The notes: generated by a model not told the origin, from the letters alone. Counted from the first letter of the stretch, positions 15,993 through 27,244 are shown. The stretch: 38,200 nucleotides of DNA from Acidimicrobiia bacterium (GCA_029240695.1 JARDZU010000002.1:1-38200), one strand, 5' to 3'. Made by a program: numbers and translations.

Positions 15993-18815
15993 GTGTCCAC
16001 CGACTCGATACTCATCAGGGGCGCCCGTGAGCACAACCTGAAGAATCTCACGGTCGAGCTGCCCCGCAACCAACTCATCGTCTTCACCGGTCTCTCCGGA
16101 TCGGGCAAGTCGTCGCTGGCCTTCGACACCATCTATGCCGAGGGTCAGCGCCGGTATGTCGAATCGCTGTCCGCCTATGCCCGTCAGTTCCTGGGGCAGA
16201 TGGACAAACCCGACGTCGACTTCATCGACGGGCTGTCCCCGGCGATCTCAATCGACCAGAAGACCGCCTCACGCAACCCCCGGTCGACCGTGGGGACGGT
16301 CACCGAGGTGCACGATTACCTGCGTCTCCTCTACGCCCGGATCGGCATTGCCCATTGCCCCAACGACGGGACTCCTGTCGAGCGACAGACCCCGCAGCAG
16401 ATCGTCGACCGCATCCTCGAGCTTCCCGAGGGCACCAGATTCCAAGTCCTGGCTCCGGTGGTCAGGGGGCGGAAGGGCGAGTACGAGGGACTGCTCGCCG
16501 ACTTGGCCAAAGAGGGTTTTGCCCGGGCCCGGGTCGATGGTGAGGTCAGGGAGCTGACCGAAGAGATCAAGCTCGACCGCTATCACCAGCACACCATCGA
16601 AGTGGTGGTCGATCGCTTGGTCCGCAAGGAAGGGATGGAGCAGAGGCTGACCCAGTCACTCGAGACGGCGCTCACCCTCACCGAAGGCACTGCTGACATC
16701 GAGATCGTGGACGGGGCGACGCTCACCTTTTCGCAGCACCTCTCCTGTCCGAAATGCGGTCTTTCCTTCGAGGACCTGCAGCCTCGCAACTTCTCCTTCA
16801 ACAGCCCGTACGGGGCGTGCACGGTGTGCTCAGGGATCGGCACCAGGTATCAGGTCGATGCGGAGCTGGTGATCGCAGACCCTGGTTTGTCACTCGGTGA
16901 GGGCGTCATCCCGATGTGGTCGTCGAACCGAATGCGCTATTACCACCGGCTGCTCACCGGTCTCGGCGAGGTGTTCGGCTTCTCGATGGACACCGCATGG
17001 AAGGACCTACCCGAAGACATTCAACAGAAGATCCTCTACGGCACCGGTGAGGACAAGATCACCATCAAGTACACCAACCGCTTCGGCCGCAAGCGACAGT
17101 GGCAGGCCACGTTCGAAGGGGCCATCCCGTTCCTCAACCGTCGTCACGAGTCGGCCGAGAGTGAGTCGGCTCGGGAGTACTACCAGGAGTACATGGCTGA
17201 GGTTCCATGTGAGGCGTGCGGCGGCGGCCGGCTCAATCCCATCTCCCTTGCCGTCACGATTGCCGAGCGCAACATTGCCGAGGTCTCTGATCTCGCCCTC
17301 GGCCAGGCCAAGGAGTTCTTCGAGGATCTCGCGCTCAGTGACCGGGAGCGGGCCATCGCCGAGCGCGTGCTGAAGGAGGTCAAAGCGAGGATCCAGTTCC
17401 TCCTCGATGTGGGACTCGATTATCTGTCACTGAGCCGATCGGCAGCGACTCTTGCAGGGGGAGAGGCGCAACGAATCAGACTCGCCACCCAGATCGGCTC
17501 CGGTCTCGTCGGTGTGCTCTACATCCTCGATGAGCCAAGCATCGGTCTTCACCAGCGGGACAACCAGCGACTGATCGAGACCCTGCTCCGTCTACGCGAC
17601 CTGGGCAACACACTGATCGTGGTCGAGCACGATGAGGACACCATCCGGGTGGCAGATCACATCGTCGACATCGGCCCGGGAGCGGGCGAGCACGGGGGTC
17701 ACGTCGTTGCCGAGGGCACGCTCGCCAACATCACCGCAGAACCTGACTCGATCACGGGAGACTATTTGGCCGGGCGCCGCCAGATCCCGGTGCCCTTCAT
17801 CCGGAGGCAGGGAAACGGAGAGGAGATCACGATCCGTGGCGCCACCGAGAACAACCTTCAGGGGATCGATGTCGCCTTCCCGCTCGGGCTGTTCACCGCG
17901 GTCACCGGTGTGTCCGGATCCGGGAAATCGACTTTGATCGAGGAGATCCTGTGGAAGGTTCTGGCCAACCGGGTGAATCGAGCCAGGGTGGTTCCGGGCC
18001 GGCACAAGAAGATCGAGGGGATCGAGCACATCGACAAGGTGATCGATATCGATCAGTCACCGATCGGGCGCACTCCGAGATCGAACCCGGCCACCTATAC
18101 CAAGCTTTTCGACCAGATCAGATCTCTTTTCGCCCAGACGCCCGAGGCGAGGGCGCGTGGGTACAAGCCGGGGCGCTTCTCGTTCAACGTCAAGGGCGGG
18201 CGATGTGAGGCATGCGCCGGTGACGGCACGATCAAGATCGAAATGCATTTCCTGCCCGATGTGTATGTGCCCTGTGAGGTGTGCGGGGGCCGGCGCTACA
18301 ACCGGGAGACGCTCGAGATCCTTTGGAAGGGCCACGACATCTCGGATGTCCTCGAGATGTCAGTCGAGGAAGCCCTCGGGTTCTTCGAGAACCAGCCCAA
18401 GATCGTCCGCGTTTTGCAAACGTTGTATGACGTCGGTCTCGGGTACGTGAGGCTGGGTCAGCCGGCAACGACCCTGTCCGGCGGCGAGGCGCAGCGGATC
18501 AAGCTCTCCTCAGAGCTGGGACGGCGCTCTACCGGGCGCACCTTTTACATCCTCGACGAACCGACCACAGGGCTCCACTTCGAGGACATTCGAAAGCTGC
18601 TCCAGGTCCTGCAGCGTCTGGTGGACGCAGGCAACACGGTGGTGGTGATCGAGCACAACCTCGACGTCATCAAGTCCGTCGACCACGTCATCGATCTGGG
18701 TCCAGAGGGGGGCAGCGGCGGGGGACGGGTGCTTGCCATCGGGACTCCCGAGGAGGTCGCCCAGGTGGGAGAGAGCTACACCGGAAAATTCCTCCGGGAA
18801 TTGGTGGGAGGGTGA
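15993..18815 (+). CDS. uvrA: Excinuclease ABC subunit A
   Basis: [11 protein letters not shown], two ABC modules ([12 protein letters not shown]; [10 protein letters not shown]; LSGGEAQR twice) and Zn-finger cysteines. Start placed at the GTG at 15993 (GGAG upstream), because the track start at 15936 lies inside the SOS-box palindrome. Start uncertainty is about 57 nt. Confidence 0.96.
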   Translation: MSTDSILIRGAREHNLKNLTVELPRNQLIVFTGLSGSGKSSLAFDTIYAEGQRRYVESLSAYARQFLGQMDKPDVDFIDGLSPAISIDQKTASRNPRSTVGTVTEVHDYLRLLYARIGIAHCPNDGTPVERQTPQQIVDRILELPEGTRFQVLAPVVRGRKGEYEGLLADLAKEGFARARVDGEVRELTEEIKLDRYHQHTIEVVVDRLVRKEGMEQRLTQSLETALTLTEGTADIEIVDGATLTFSQHLSCPKCGLSFEDLQPRNFSFNSPYGACTVCSGIGTRYQVDAELVIADPGLSLGEGVIPMWSSNRMRYYHRLLTGLGEVFGFSMDTAWKDLPEDIQQKILYGTGEDKITIKYTNRFGRKRQWQATFEGAIPFLNRRHESAESESAREYYQEYMAEVPCEACGGGRLNPISLAVTIAERNIAEVSDLALGQAKEFFEDLALSDRERAIAERVLKEVKARIQFLLDVGLDYLSLSRSAATLAGGEAQRIRLATQIGSGLVGVLYILDEPSIGLHQRDNQRLIETLLRLRDLGNTLIVVEHDEDTIRVADHIVDIGPGAGEHGGHVVAEGTLANITAEPDSITGDYLAGRRQIPVPFIRRQGNGEEITIRGATENNLQGIDVAFPLGLFTAVTGVSGSGKSTLIEEILWKVLANRVNRARVVPGRHKKIEGIEHIDKVIDIDQSPIGRTPRSNPATYTKLFDQIRSLFAQTPEARARGYKPGRFSFNVKGGRCEACAGDGTIKIEMHFLPDVYVPCEVCGGRRYNRETLEILWKGHDISDVLEMSVEEALGFFENQPKIVRVLQTLYDVGLGYVRLGQPATTLSGGEAQRIKLSSELGRRSTGRTFYILDEPTTGLHFEDIRKLLQVLQRLVDAGNTVVVIEHNLDVIKSVDHVIDLGPEGGSGGGRVLAIGTPEEVAQVGESYTGKFLRELVGG

Positions 18816-18883
18816 GCCTTTCGGCGTTAAACCCGACCAGAAGCCTGCCGATATAGCCTGATACCGCTTTGGAAGGATCTGAC

Positions 18884-19870
18884 GTGTTCGACATGCGCCG
18901 ATCGGCGTTTGGTGGCTTCAGGGAGCTGGAGGGAAAGCACGCCGTGGTCCTGGGAGGCGCAGGCTTCCTCGGATCACATGTGTGCACTTGGCTGGTCTAT
19001 TCCGGCGCCCAGGTCACCTGCATCGACAACTTGATCACCGGGAACGCCCAGAATGTGTCTCATCTGATGGGGGACCGGAAGTTTCGCCTCATCGACTACG
19101 ACGTCACCGACTATCTGCACGTGCCTGGCGACGTCGACTACGTCCTGAACTTTGCCTCACCGGCCTCACCGGTCGACTACCTGAAGTGGCCGATCCACAC
19201 CCTCAAGGTCGGTGCCTTCGGAACCCACAAGGGCCTCGGTCTTGCTCATCACAAGGGGGCGAAGTTCTTCCTGGCGTCTACCTCGGAGGTTTACGGAGAT
19301 CCTCTGGTCAACCCCCAACCCGAGACTTACTGGGGCAACGTCAACCCGATCGGGCCCAGGGGGGTCTACGACGAGGCCAAGCGCTTCGCCGAGGCCATGA
19401 CCCTCGCCTACAACCGGGAGCACGGCGTCGACACCAGGATCGTCCGGATCTTCAACACCTACGGCCCTCGGATGCGCGCCGACGACGGTCGAGCGGTGCC
19501 CGCCTTCTTCAAGGCTGCGCTGCAGAACCGACCGCTGCCTGTATTCGGTGATGGGTCACAAACCCGCTCTCTTTGCTACGTCGACGACGAGGTGGAGGGC
19601 ATTCTCAGGCTCCTGCTTTCCGATGAGACCGGCCCGGTGAACATCGGGAATCCTGAAGAGGTGACGATGCTGGAACTGGCCGAGACAGTCCAGGACGTGG
19701 TCGGCAACCACCCGGGGATCGAGTTCCAGGCCCGACCGACCGACGATCCCATGGTCCGGCGGCCGGACACCACCAAGGCGGAACTGGTCCTCGGCTGGAA
19801 GGCCCAGATCTCGTTGCGCGAAGGTCTGGGACGGACACTGCCCTGGTTCAAAGAAGTCCTCAGCGACTGA
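18884..19870 (+). CDS. UDP-glucuronate decarboxylase-like extended SDR (UXS/ArnA-C-like)
   Basis: GGAGFLGSH Rossmann motif, [33 protein letters not shown] (YxxxK). GGAAGGA lies 6 nt before the GTG at 18884. Confidence 0.88.
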   Translation: MFDMRRSAFGGFRELEGKHAVVLGGAGFLGSHVCTWLVYSGAQVTCIDNLITGNAQNVSHLMGDRKFRLIDYDVTDYLHVPGDVDYVLNFASPASPVDYLKWPIHTLKVGAFGTHKGLGLAHHKGAKFFLASTSEVYGDPLVNPQPETYWGNVNPIGPRGVYDEAKRFAEAMTLAYNREHGVDTRIVRIFNTYGPRMRADDGRAVPAFFKAALQNRPLPVFGDGSQTRSLCYVDDEVEGILRLLLSDETGPVNIGNPEEVTMLELAETVQDVVGNHPGIEFQARPTDDPMVRRPDTTKAELVLGWKAQISLREGLGRTLPWFKEVLSD

Positions 19871-19900
19871 GGGTGTTGCCCGACGGGGCACAATTCACCG

Positions 19901-20575
19901 ATGTCGTGGTCCGATCTGTCCGATTGGTGGGTCGCCGAGATTGAAGACGACCCCGCCTACGAGGCGGCGGTCAACCCGATGCTCCTCGATGTCCTTCGGC
20001 CCGACGCTGGGCTCACCTATCTAGACCTCGGATGTGGCGAAGGGCGCGTCATGCGGGCTCTGAAGGGAACCGGGGCCGTCGTGCACGGCGTCGACCTAAC
20101 CCCCGCCCTTGCCCGACGAGCCGCTGACTCGGGACCTGTCGTCATCGGACGGCTACCCGATCTCGGCTTCCTCCGCGACGATTCCTATGACGGAGCATTT
20201 TGTGTCTTGGCCCTCGAGCACATCGAGGACGAGGGTCGGCTCTTTGCAGAGGCAGCACGGGCGGTCCGACCAAGCGGCATCTTCGCACTGGTCATCAATC
20301 ACCCGTTTCGGACTGCTCCCGGAGCCACCCCGATATCCGATTCCGATGGTGAGACTCTGTGGCGGCCGGGCGACTACTTCTCCTCGGGGACGACGTTGGA
20401 ACCGGCGGGGGAGGGGCAGATGCTGTTCCATCATCGGAACACAGCCAGGATCCTCGAGTCGGCGGCAGCCGTAGGCTGGTACTTGGAGCGATTCGTCGAG
20501 GTTCCCCACCACGAGCTGGACGACCAGGCGGGGATTCCGAGACTGCTGGCTTGCCGTTGGCGCCTCCTACCCTGA
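19901..20575 (+). CDS. Class I SAM-dependent methyltransferase
   Basis: Motif I YLDLGCGEGRV, then VHGVDLTP and DGAFCVLALEHI. 224 aa. Confidence 0.8.
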   Translation: MSWSDLSDWWVAEIEDDPAYEAAVNPMLLDVLRPDAGLTYLDLGCGEGRVMRALKGTGAVVHGVDLTPALARRAADSGPVVIGRLPDLGFLRDDSYDGAFCVLALEHIEDEGRLFAEAARAVRPSGIFALVINHPFRTAPGATPISDSDGETLWRPGDYFSSGTTLEPAGEGQMLFHHRNTARILESAAAVGWYLERFVEVPHHELDDQAGIPRLLACRWRLLP

Positions 20576-20581
20576 GAAGGC

Positions 20582-22408
20582 GTGTTCAACCGACCAAAAC
20601 CATCGGAGATACCGACCCAACCCGGCGCCTACATCTTCCGTGACAAGCACGGAAAGGTGATCTACGTCGGCAAGGCCGAGAGCCTGCGGGGCCGCGTGCC
20701 GTCCTACTTCGGCGTGGGCCTCCACCCTCGCACCCAGGCGATGGTCGACAACGCACAATCGGTCGAGTGGATCATCACCGAGTCCGAAGTCGCTGCATTG
20801 ATGCTCGAGTTCTCACTGATCAAGAGGCATCGTCCCCGCTTCAACATCAAGCTCGTCGACGACAAGTCCTATCCGTACCTGGCCATCACACGGACCGACG
20901 AATGGCCCCGCGCCAGGGTCATGCGGGGCGCCAAGCGAAAGGGCAACGAGTACTTCGGCCCATACGCCCACACCTACGCCATCCGCAAGACCCTCGACCA
21001 GCTCCTCCGCACTTTCCCGGTGCGCACCTGCACGGACTCGCTATTCGGCCGTCAGCAAGCCCAGGGACGACCTTGTCTCCTCTTTCACATCGAGAAATGC
21101 TCCGGCCCGTGCATCCAGGCCGTCACCCCCGAGGATTACCGACAGATGGTCGACGGGCTCGCTGCCTTCCTGCGGGGGGACACCGACCTGGTGCTCACCG
21201 ATCTCCAAGTCCGTATGTGGGAGGCGTCGGAGCGACAGGAGTTCGAGCTCGCCGCCCGACACCGTGACCGGATCGAAGACGTACGTCGAGCCCTTCTCCG
21301 CCAGGATGTGGTTTCCGACCGCCCCGAGGACTTCGACCTCATCGCATTCCATGGAGACGACCTCGAGTCGGCATTTCAGATCCTCCACGTCAGGAAGGGA
21401 CGACTCGTCGGACGGTTGGGCACCGTCGTCGATCGAGTTGAGGAACTGACCGATGCCGAACTCATGGGGCGCGTCATCAGACAGCTCTATGGGGAGGACG
21501 ACCCACCTCGCCAGGTCCTGGTCGAGATCGATCCTGCCGAAAAGGAATTGCTCCAGGAATGGCTGGCCGAGCGGCGAGGAACCAAGGTCAGCCTCCGGGT
21601 TCCGACCAGGGGCTCGAAGCGACGTTTGATGGAGACAACCGCCACCAATGCCGCCGAGGCCTTCGCCCGGCACCGACTCAAGCGCAGTCAGGATCACAAC
21701 GCGAGGGCCAAGGCCCTTCGATCGCTGCAGGAGGTCCTCGACCTGCCCGAGCCACCGCTCCGTATCGAGGCGTTCGACATATCGACGTTGCAGGGGACCA
21801 ACACCGTCTCGTCGATGGTCGTGCTCGAGGACGGCCTGCCCAAGAGGTCGGACTACCGGAGGTTCAAGATCCGGACCATCCAGGGCCAGGACGACTTCGC
21901 TGCCATGGAAGAGACCATTCGCCGGCGCTTCCGCGCTTTCCTGGCGGAGAAGGACCGGAATGTGACCGAGCAGGGCAGGTTCTCCTATCCACCCTCGCTG
22001 GTACTCGTGGACGGAGGAGCAGGCCAGCTGGGCCGAGCTGTGAAGGTCCTCGACGAGCTCGAGATCGACATACCGGCGATCGGCCTCGCCAAGCGGATGG
22101 AGGAGGTGTACTTGCCGGGGCAACCCGAGCCGGTGCGTATCCCCCGGGATGCCGAGGCGCTATATCTGCTGCAGCAGGTGCGTGACGAGGCCCATCGCTT
22201 CGCCGTCACCTATCACCGCCAACTTCGCTCCAAGTCGATGGTCGACTCGATCCTCGATGAGGTACCCGGGATCGGCCCGAAGCGGAAGAAGGACCTCTTG
22301 AAGCGATTTGGTTCGTTGAAGAAACTTAGGGAGGTACAGGCGGATTCCCTGGCCGAAGTGGTGCCGAGGAACGTCGCCGACGATCTGTACGCTGCACTGC
22401 ACAACTGA
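20582..22408 (+). CDS. uvrC: Excinuclease ABC subunit C
   Basis: GIY-YIG N-terminus (PGAYIFRDKHGKVIYVGKA...), UVR domain, and C-terminal (HhH)2 (GIGPKRKKDLLKRFGS). GTG start after GAGAAGG. Confidence 0.97.
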   Translation: MFNRPKPSEIPTQPGAYIFRDKHGKVIYVGKAESLRGRVPSYFGVGLHPRTQAMVDNAQSVEWIITESEVAALMLEFSLIKRHRPRFNIKLVDDKSYPYLAITRTDEWPRARVMRGAKRKGNEYFGPYAHTYAIRKTLDQLLRTFPVRTCTDSLFGRQQAQGRPCLLFHIEKCSGPCIQAVTPEDYRQMVDGLAAFLRGDTDLVLTDLQVRMWEASERQEFELAARHRDRIEDVRRALLRQDVVSDRPEDFDLIAFHGDDLESAFQILHVRKGRLVGRLGTVVDRVEELTDAELMGRVIRQLYGEDDPPRQVLVEIDPAEKELLQEWLAERRGTKVSLRVPTRGSKRRLMETTATNAAEAFARHRLKRSQDHNARAKALRSLQEVLDLPEPPLRIEAFDISTLQGTNTVSSMVVLEDGLPKRSDYRRFKIRTIQGQDDFAAMEETIRRRFRAFLAEKDRNVTEQGRFSYPPSLVLVDGGAGQLGRAVKVLDELEIDIPAIGLAKRMEEVYLPGQPEPVRIPRDAEALYLLQQVRDEAHRFAVTYHRQLRSKSMVDSILDEVPGIGPKRKKDLLKRFGSLKKLREVQADSLAEVVPRNVADDLYAALHN

Positions 22409-22420
22409 TCGAGAGCACCG

Positions 22421-23293
22421 ATGGAGCGTCCCGCAACCGATCATCCTCACGTTCTCGTGGTCACGGGCATGTCGGGCGCCGGTCGATCGTCTGCCGCCAA
22501 GATCCTGGAAGATCTCGGTTATACGGTCATCGACAATCTGCCTCCGAGGCTGCTCGTCCCGGCAGCCCAGTCCCATGACATTCCTGAGCGCCACAAGCAT
22601 CTCGCCGTTGTCATCGATTCCAGGGGAGGTCTCCCCATTTCGGAGTTGCGTGACGCCGTCAAGGAGCTGAGTCGGGAGGGCGTGATGACGAGGGTGGTGT
22701 TCCTCGATGCCGAGGACGACGTGATCGTGTCCCGCTACGAGGAGAACAAACGTCCCCACCCTCTCGGGCACTCAACTATCTCCGAGTCGATCGTGGCCGA
22801 GCGAGAACTGCTCGCTGACCTCCGCGAAGAGGCCGACGTCATCGTCGACACCTCGTCCCTCAACATTCACGAGCTGCGGGAGCGGCTCACAACCCAGTTC
22901 AGCGAAGAAGAGATGGCCCGCCCGATGCGCGTGTCGATTCGCTCCTTCGGCTTCAAGAACGGGACGCCACGTGACATCGACCTCCTCTTCGACGTCAGAT
23001 TCCTCCCCAATCCCCACTGGGTGTCGGAGCTGCGGCCACTGCGAGGGACCGACGAGCGCGTGGCCGAATATGTGATGAGCGAAGACGCAGCCAAGGAATT
23101 CGTCGACCGCGCCGACGAGATGCTGGCCTTCCTCATCCCGCATTTCGAGGCCGAGGGGAAGTCGTACCTGTCCGTGGGCATTGGCTGCACCGGTGGGCAT
23201 CATCGCTCCGTGGCTATTGCTGAGGAGTTGGGTCGCCGGCTGGCTCAGCACGGGATAACCGCCTCGGTCCGGCACCGCGATATCGAGCGATGA
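22421..23293 (+). CDS. rapZ: RNase adapter / nucleotide-binding protein RapZ (YvcJ)
   Basis: VVTGMSGAGRSSAAKILEDLGY P-loop and C-terminal GCTGGHHRSVA motif. Confidence 0.93.
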   Translation: MERPATDHPHVLVVTGMSGAGRSSAAKILEDLGYTVIDNLPPRLLVPAAQSHDIPERHKHLAVVIDSRGGLPISELRDAVKELSREGVMTRVVFLDAEDDVIVSRYEENKRPHPLGHSTISESIVAERELLADLREEADVIVDTSSLNIHELRERLTTQFSEEEMARPMRVSIRSFGFKNGTPRDIDLLFDVRFLPNPHWVSELRPLRGTDERVAEYVMSEDAAKEFVDRADEMLAFLIPHFEAEGKSYLSVGIGCTGGHHRSVAIAEELGRRLAQHGITASVRHRDIER

Positions 23294-24267
23294 AACCGCA
23301 GACCCAGACCGAGACGGCGCTAGCTCCCCTACTTCTCGATCCCGAGGGACCGGTTGTCACTGCATTGGGAGGCGGCCACGGCCAGGCGGCCGCCCTCGAG
23401 GCCATTCAGTGTTATGCCGGGGAGATATCGGCACTGGTGGCTGTGGGAGACGACGGAGGCTCGTCCGGGAGGCTGAGCGGTTTGGGGATCCCCCCACCTG
23501 GTGACGTGCGCCGCTGCCTGCTGGCCCTCACTCCGGAGCCCTCCCTGTGGTCCGAGCTCTTTTCGCACCGGTTCACCGGTGGCGACGTGGCCGAGCACTC
23601 ACTGGGCAACCTGATCCTCGCCGGTCTGGCCGACTTGTTCGGGGACTTCGAATCGGCGGTTTCCACGGCCGAGCGGATGCTGGGGGCCGTGGGTTCGGTT
23701 ATCCCGGTGGCCGATCAGCCGATCACGCTCACGGCGACGATCGATGGGTTGGAGGTCGTCGGGCAGAAGCGGATCTCGCAGACCGCAGGCGAGCTCACCG
23801 AGCTCCACATCGAACCGAGAGATGTCGTGGCCACCCAACGGGCCCTGGCCGCTGTCGCCGCCGCCGACCAGATCGTGATCGGACCGGGAAGCCTCTACAC
23901 ATCGATCCTCTCGGCTCTCAAGGTCAACATGCTGGCGCCTGCAATCATGGGAGCGGCTGCTCAGCGGGTGTTCGTCCTGAATCTGGTGACCCAGGATGCA
24001 GAGACCTTCGGCGTGAGCGGTGGAGAGCACCTCGAAGCGCTCGCCAAGCATGTAGGGGTCACCGGCCCGGGGATCGTCGTGGCCCACGACGGGCCACTCG
24101 CAATCCCGGAGGGCCACGAACGCGTAGTGATCGAAACCGAGGATGCGGCACGTCACGGCTGGCGTGTCGTCTTTGCAGATTTGGCCGATGAGGGGGCAGA
24201 CTGGCCGGAGCACGACCCGCTGAAGCTGGGGAGAGTGCTGGAGACACTGGCCGTCACCGAGGACTGA
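23290..24267 (+). CDS. yvcK: YvcK/CuvA-family gluconeogenesis factor (CofD-like, UPF0052)
   Basis: ALGGGHGQAA...VAVGDDGGSSGRL...GPGSLYTSI motifs. ATGA overlap with the rapZ stop. Confidence 0.9.
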   Translation: MKPQTQTETALAPLLLDPEGPVVTALGGGHGQAAALEAIQCYAGEISALVAVGDDGGSSGRLSGLGIPPPGDVRRCLLALTPEPSLWSELFSHRFTGGDVAEHSLGNLILAGLADLFGDFESAVSTAERMLGAVGSVIPVADQPITLTATIDGLEVVGQKRISQTAGELTELHIEPRDVVATQRALAAVAAADQIVIGPGSLYTSILSALKVNMLAPAIMGAAAQRVFVLNLVTQDAETFGVSGGEHLEALAKHVGVTGPGIVVAHDGPLAIPEGHERVVIETEDAARHGWRVVFADLADEGADWPEHDPLKLGRVLETLAVTED

Positions 24268-24272
24268 ATCGC

Positions 24273-25421
24273 ATGCCCCAATACCTGACCCTCGACGACG
24301 TGGACGTCAGTGGCCTCGATGTCCTGGTGCGGTCAGACCTGAACGTTCCCATGGAGGATGGAGTCATCACTGATGACTTCAGGATCAGGGCGGCACTGCC
24401 CACCCTGGAGCGTCTCGTCGATTCCGGTGCCCGGGTGAGCGTCTGCTCTCATCTCGGCCGCCCGGAAGGCCCCGATCCCGCCTTCTCGCTTCGCCCGGTG
24501 GCAGACGCGATGGCTGGGCTCACAAAGAAGGAGGTCGGGTTCGAGAGAGGTGGCCAGGTCACGGTCCTCGAGAACACCCGCTTCGACCCGGGAGAGACAA
24601 AGAACGACCCGGCGATGGCTGCCCGTCTCGCCGAAGGTGTCGGCATCTTCGTCCAGGACGCTTTTGGCTCGGTCCATCGGGCGCACGTCTCCACGGTCGG
24701 GGTGGCCGAGCTAGTGAAGTCGGTCGCCGGGCCGCTCCTGGTCGACGAGCTCGCCGCGTTGGAGCACTTCCTGGTCGACCCGAAGGTGCCCTACGTCGTA
24801 GTCCTGGGAGGGGCCAAGGTCTCTGACAAGCTGGGAGTCATCGAGAACTTGCTCCCCAAGGTCGATGTGATGCTCATCGGAGGAGCGATGTGCTTCACCA
24901 TTCTCAAGGCCAAGGGTGACGAAGTGGGCACGTCACTGGTGGAAGATGATCAGATCGAGGCGGTGAAGCGGATCCTCGATGGGCCTCATTCGGAGAGGTT
25001 GATACTTCCTGTGGACGCGATCATCGCCAACGAGTTCGTCGAGGGCGCAGAGCACAAGGAGACCTATATCAAGGAGATCCCACCGGGATGGATGGGTCTG
25101 GACGTGGGGCGGGAGACGAACCAGCTCTTCGCGTCCGTGATCCGCACCGCTGAGACCGTGTTCTGGAACGGGCCTATGGGTGTGTTCGAATGGGAGCCGT
25201 TCAGGGCCGGAACCGAAGCGATAGCCCGGGCGGTGGCGGAGGCGACTGCATTCACCGCCGTCGGAGGAGGCGACTCGGTGGCTGCGGTGCGATCCCTGGG
25301 CCTCGAATCCGAGATATCACACGTGTCGACCGGCGGGGGAGCGGGTCTGGAACTTCTGGAGGGTCGTGAGCTTCCCGGCGTGAAGGTGCTCGAGCAATGG
25401 GCGGGTGGTCGGAGTGCCTGA
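24273..25421 (+). CDS. pgk: Phosphoglycerate kinase
   Basis: VRSDLNVP...SHLGRP...FWNGPMGVFE...STGGGA motifs. 382 aa. Confidence 0.97.
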   Translation: MPQYLTLDDVDVSGLDVLVRSDLNVPMEDGVITDDFRIRAALPTLERLVDSGARVSVCSHLGRPEGPDPAFSLRPVADAMAGLTKKEVGFERGGQVTVLENTRFDPGETKNDPAMAARLAEGVGIFVQDAFGSVHRAHVSTVGVAELVKSVAGPLLVDELAALEHFLVDPKVPYVVVLGGAKVSDKLGVIENLLPKVDVMLIGGAMCFTILKAKGDEVGTSLVEDDQIEAVKRILDGPHSERLILPVDAIIANEFVEGAEHKETYIKEIPPGWMGLDVGRETNQLFASVIRTAETVFWNGPMGVFEWEPFRAGTEAIARAVAEATAFTAVGGGDSVAAVRSLGLESEISHVSTGGGAGLELLEGRELPGVKVLEQWAGGRSA

Positions 25422-26187
25422 TCGCAAGAGCCTCATCGTCGGCAACTGGAAGATGAACGCCACACATCTCGAGGCGATCCAAATGATCCAGAAGCTCTCT
25501 TACCGTCTGGAGGCGAAGGACTACGACCGCGTGGAAGTTGTGGTGGCACCGCCTTTCACATCACTCCGATCGGTGCAGACCGTGATCGAGGCGGACCGAC
25601 TTTGGTTCGGTCTGGGGGCGCAGAACCTGCACTGGGAGGAGTCGGGGGCATTCACCGGCGAGATCTCACCGGTGATGCTCGCCAAGCTCTCGGTAGACCA
25701 TGTGATAGTTGGCCATTCCGAGCGCCGTCAGGGTTTTGGGGAGACCGACGAGATGGTGGCGAAAAAGGCCAGGGCGGTGGCCAATGCCGGAATGCGCCCG
25801 ATCGTCTGCGTCGGCGAGACCCTCGAGCAACGTGAGGGAGGCGAAGCGGAGCAGGTTGTCGTGTCCCAGGTCGTCGCTTCACTGGCACGCCTCGATCCTG
25901 AAGCCCTGGGCTCTTCGGCGATCGCCTACGAACCGATATGGGCTATCGGCACGGGCCGCACCGCACTGCCCGACGACGCCGGCACGATGGCCGGGATCAT
26001 CAGGGAGACGGTCTCCAACAAGGTCTCCTCATACGCCTCCGAGGGCGTTCGGATTCTCTATGGCGGATCAGTGAACGCCGCCAACATCAAGGACTTCATG
26101 GCGAAGTCGGACGTCGATGGCGCCCTGGTCGGCGGTGCTTCTCTCGATCCCGACAGCTTCGCCGCCATTGTCCGGTATTGGGTATGA
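25405..26187 (+). CDS. tpiA: Triosephosphate isomerase
   Basis: LIVGNWKMN...VIVGHSERR...[11 protein letters not shown]...YGGSV motifs. GTG at 25405 or 25414, overlapping the pgk stop. Confidence 0.95.
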   Translation: MVGVPDRKSLIVGNWKMNATHLEAIQMIQKLSYRLEAKDYDRVEVVVAPPFTSLRSVQTVIEADRLWFGLGAQNLHWEESGAFTGEISPVMLAKLSVDHVIVGHSERRQGFGETDEMVAKKARAVANAGMRPIVCVGETLEQREGGEAEQVVVSQVVASLARLDPEALGSSAIAYEPIWAIGTGRTALPDDAGTMAGIIRETVSNKVSSYASEGVRILYGGSVNAANIKDFMAKSDVDGALVGGASLDPDSFAAIVRYWV

Positions 26188-26930
26188 CGCATCGACTGAT
26201 TCTGCTCAGGCACGGGCAGTCGACCTGGAACCTGGAGAACCTGTTCACCGGCTGGACCGATGTCGGTCTGACGGACCAGGGCGAGGAGGAGGCCCGAGAG
26301 TCGGGCCGGCTGATCGTCGAGGAAGGGCTCGATCCCGACATCCTTCACACCTCCGTATTGGTACGGGCGATCAGCACTGCGGAGTTGACTCTCGAGGAGA
26401 TGGGGAGGCAGTACCTCCCGGTGCGTCGGTCCTGGCGTCTCAATGAGCGCCACTACGGAGCCTTGCAGGGTCTCAACAAGAAGGAGACCGCCGAACAACA
26501 CGGCGCTGAGCAGGTCCTGCTGTGGCGTCGCAGCTATGACGTCTCGCCGCCACCACTCGATCCTGCCGACGAGCGCCATCCCCGCCACGATCCTCGATAT
26601 CGGGACCTACCTCCCGATCTGCTCCCCGCCACCGAGTGCCTGAAGGACGTGGTGGTCCGAATGCTTCCGTACTGGCACGACACGATCGTTCCCGATCTGC
26701 TCGCCGGCCGGGAGCCCCTGGTGGTTGCCCACGGCAACTCGATCCGTGCCCTGGTCAAGCATCTGGACGGGATCAGCGACGAGGAGATCGTCGATCTCAA
26801 CATCCCCACCGGGGTCCCGCTTCTCTACGAGTTGGACGACTCCTTCTCACCGGTGTCCAGCCGCTACCTGGGAAATCCGGAGGCGGCCAAGGCGGCGGCC
26901 GAAGCGGTGGCCCGCCAGGCCGGTAGGTGA
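26184..26930 (+). CDS. gpmA: 2,3-bisphosphoglycerate-dependent phosphoglycerate mutase
   Basis: [23 protein letters not shown]...[12 protein letters not shown]...[10 protein letters not shown]. Track ORF 25938..26930 trimmed to the ATG at 26184, which forms ATGA with the tpiA stop. Confidence 0.95.
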   Translation: MTHRLILLRHGQSTWNLENLFTGWTDVGLTDQGEEEARESGRLIVEEGLDPDILHTSVLVRAISTAELTLEEMGRQYLPVRRSWRLNERHYGALQGLNKKETAEQHGAEQVLLWRRSYDVSPPPLDPADERHPRHDPRYRDLPPDLLPATECLKDVVVRMLPYWHDTIVPDLLAGREPLVVAHGNSIRALVKHLDGISDEEIVDLNIPTGVPLLYELDDSFSPVSSRYLGNPEAAKAAAEAVARQAGR

Positions 26931-26943
26931 AGCGGACGGTGGC

Positions 26944-26952
26944 TGGTACAAT
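26944..26952 (+). promoter_or_regulatory. Possible extended -10 element for secG
   Basis: TGgTACAAT lies about 50 nt upstream of the secG ATG in the gpmA-secG spacer. Sequence resemblance only. Confidence 0.3.
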
Positions 26953-27001
26953 CCGCTGCGCACGGGCATCCGTGTAGTCCCGCAACCTCATCAGGCAGGC
27001 A

Positions 27002-27244
27002 ATGACTGTCGTCGAAGCAATCGCAATCGTCATCCACATCATCCTCTCGCTGGCCGTGGTGGCGCTGGTCCTGCTCCATTCGGGCAAGGGCGGCGGCCTC
27101 TCGGACGTGTTTGGTGGTGGCATGTCGACATCCAGCCTCGGCGGCAGCACCGTCGTCGAGCGGAACCTCGACCGACTCACTGTGATCGTCGGGGTCCTTT
27201 TTGGAATCAGCACGTTCGGGCTGACCATCCTCTTGAACAACTGA
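27002..27244 (+). CDS. secG: Preprotein translocase subunit SecG
   Basis: 80 aa with two TM helices flanking LLHSGKGGGLSDVFGGG. Canonical position after the glycolytic genes. Confidence 0.9.
   Translation: MTVVEAIAIVIHIILSLAVVALVLLHSGKGGGLSDVFGGGMSTSSLGGSTVVERNLDRLTVIVGVLFGISTFGLTILLNN

Noticed and set aside
21041-22123. 360-aa minus-strand ORF inside uvrC. Similar antisense ORFs lie opposite uvrA (17592-18029), yvcK (23599-24213) and dop (36905-37759).
   Set aside because: They are antisense to unambiguous conserved genes and I recognised no domain motifs. This is the high-GC shadow-ORF artefact.
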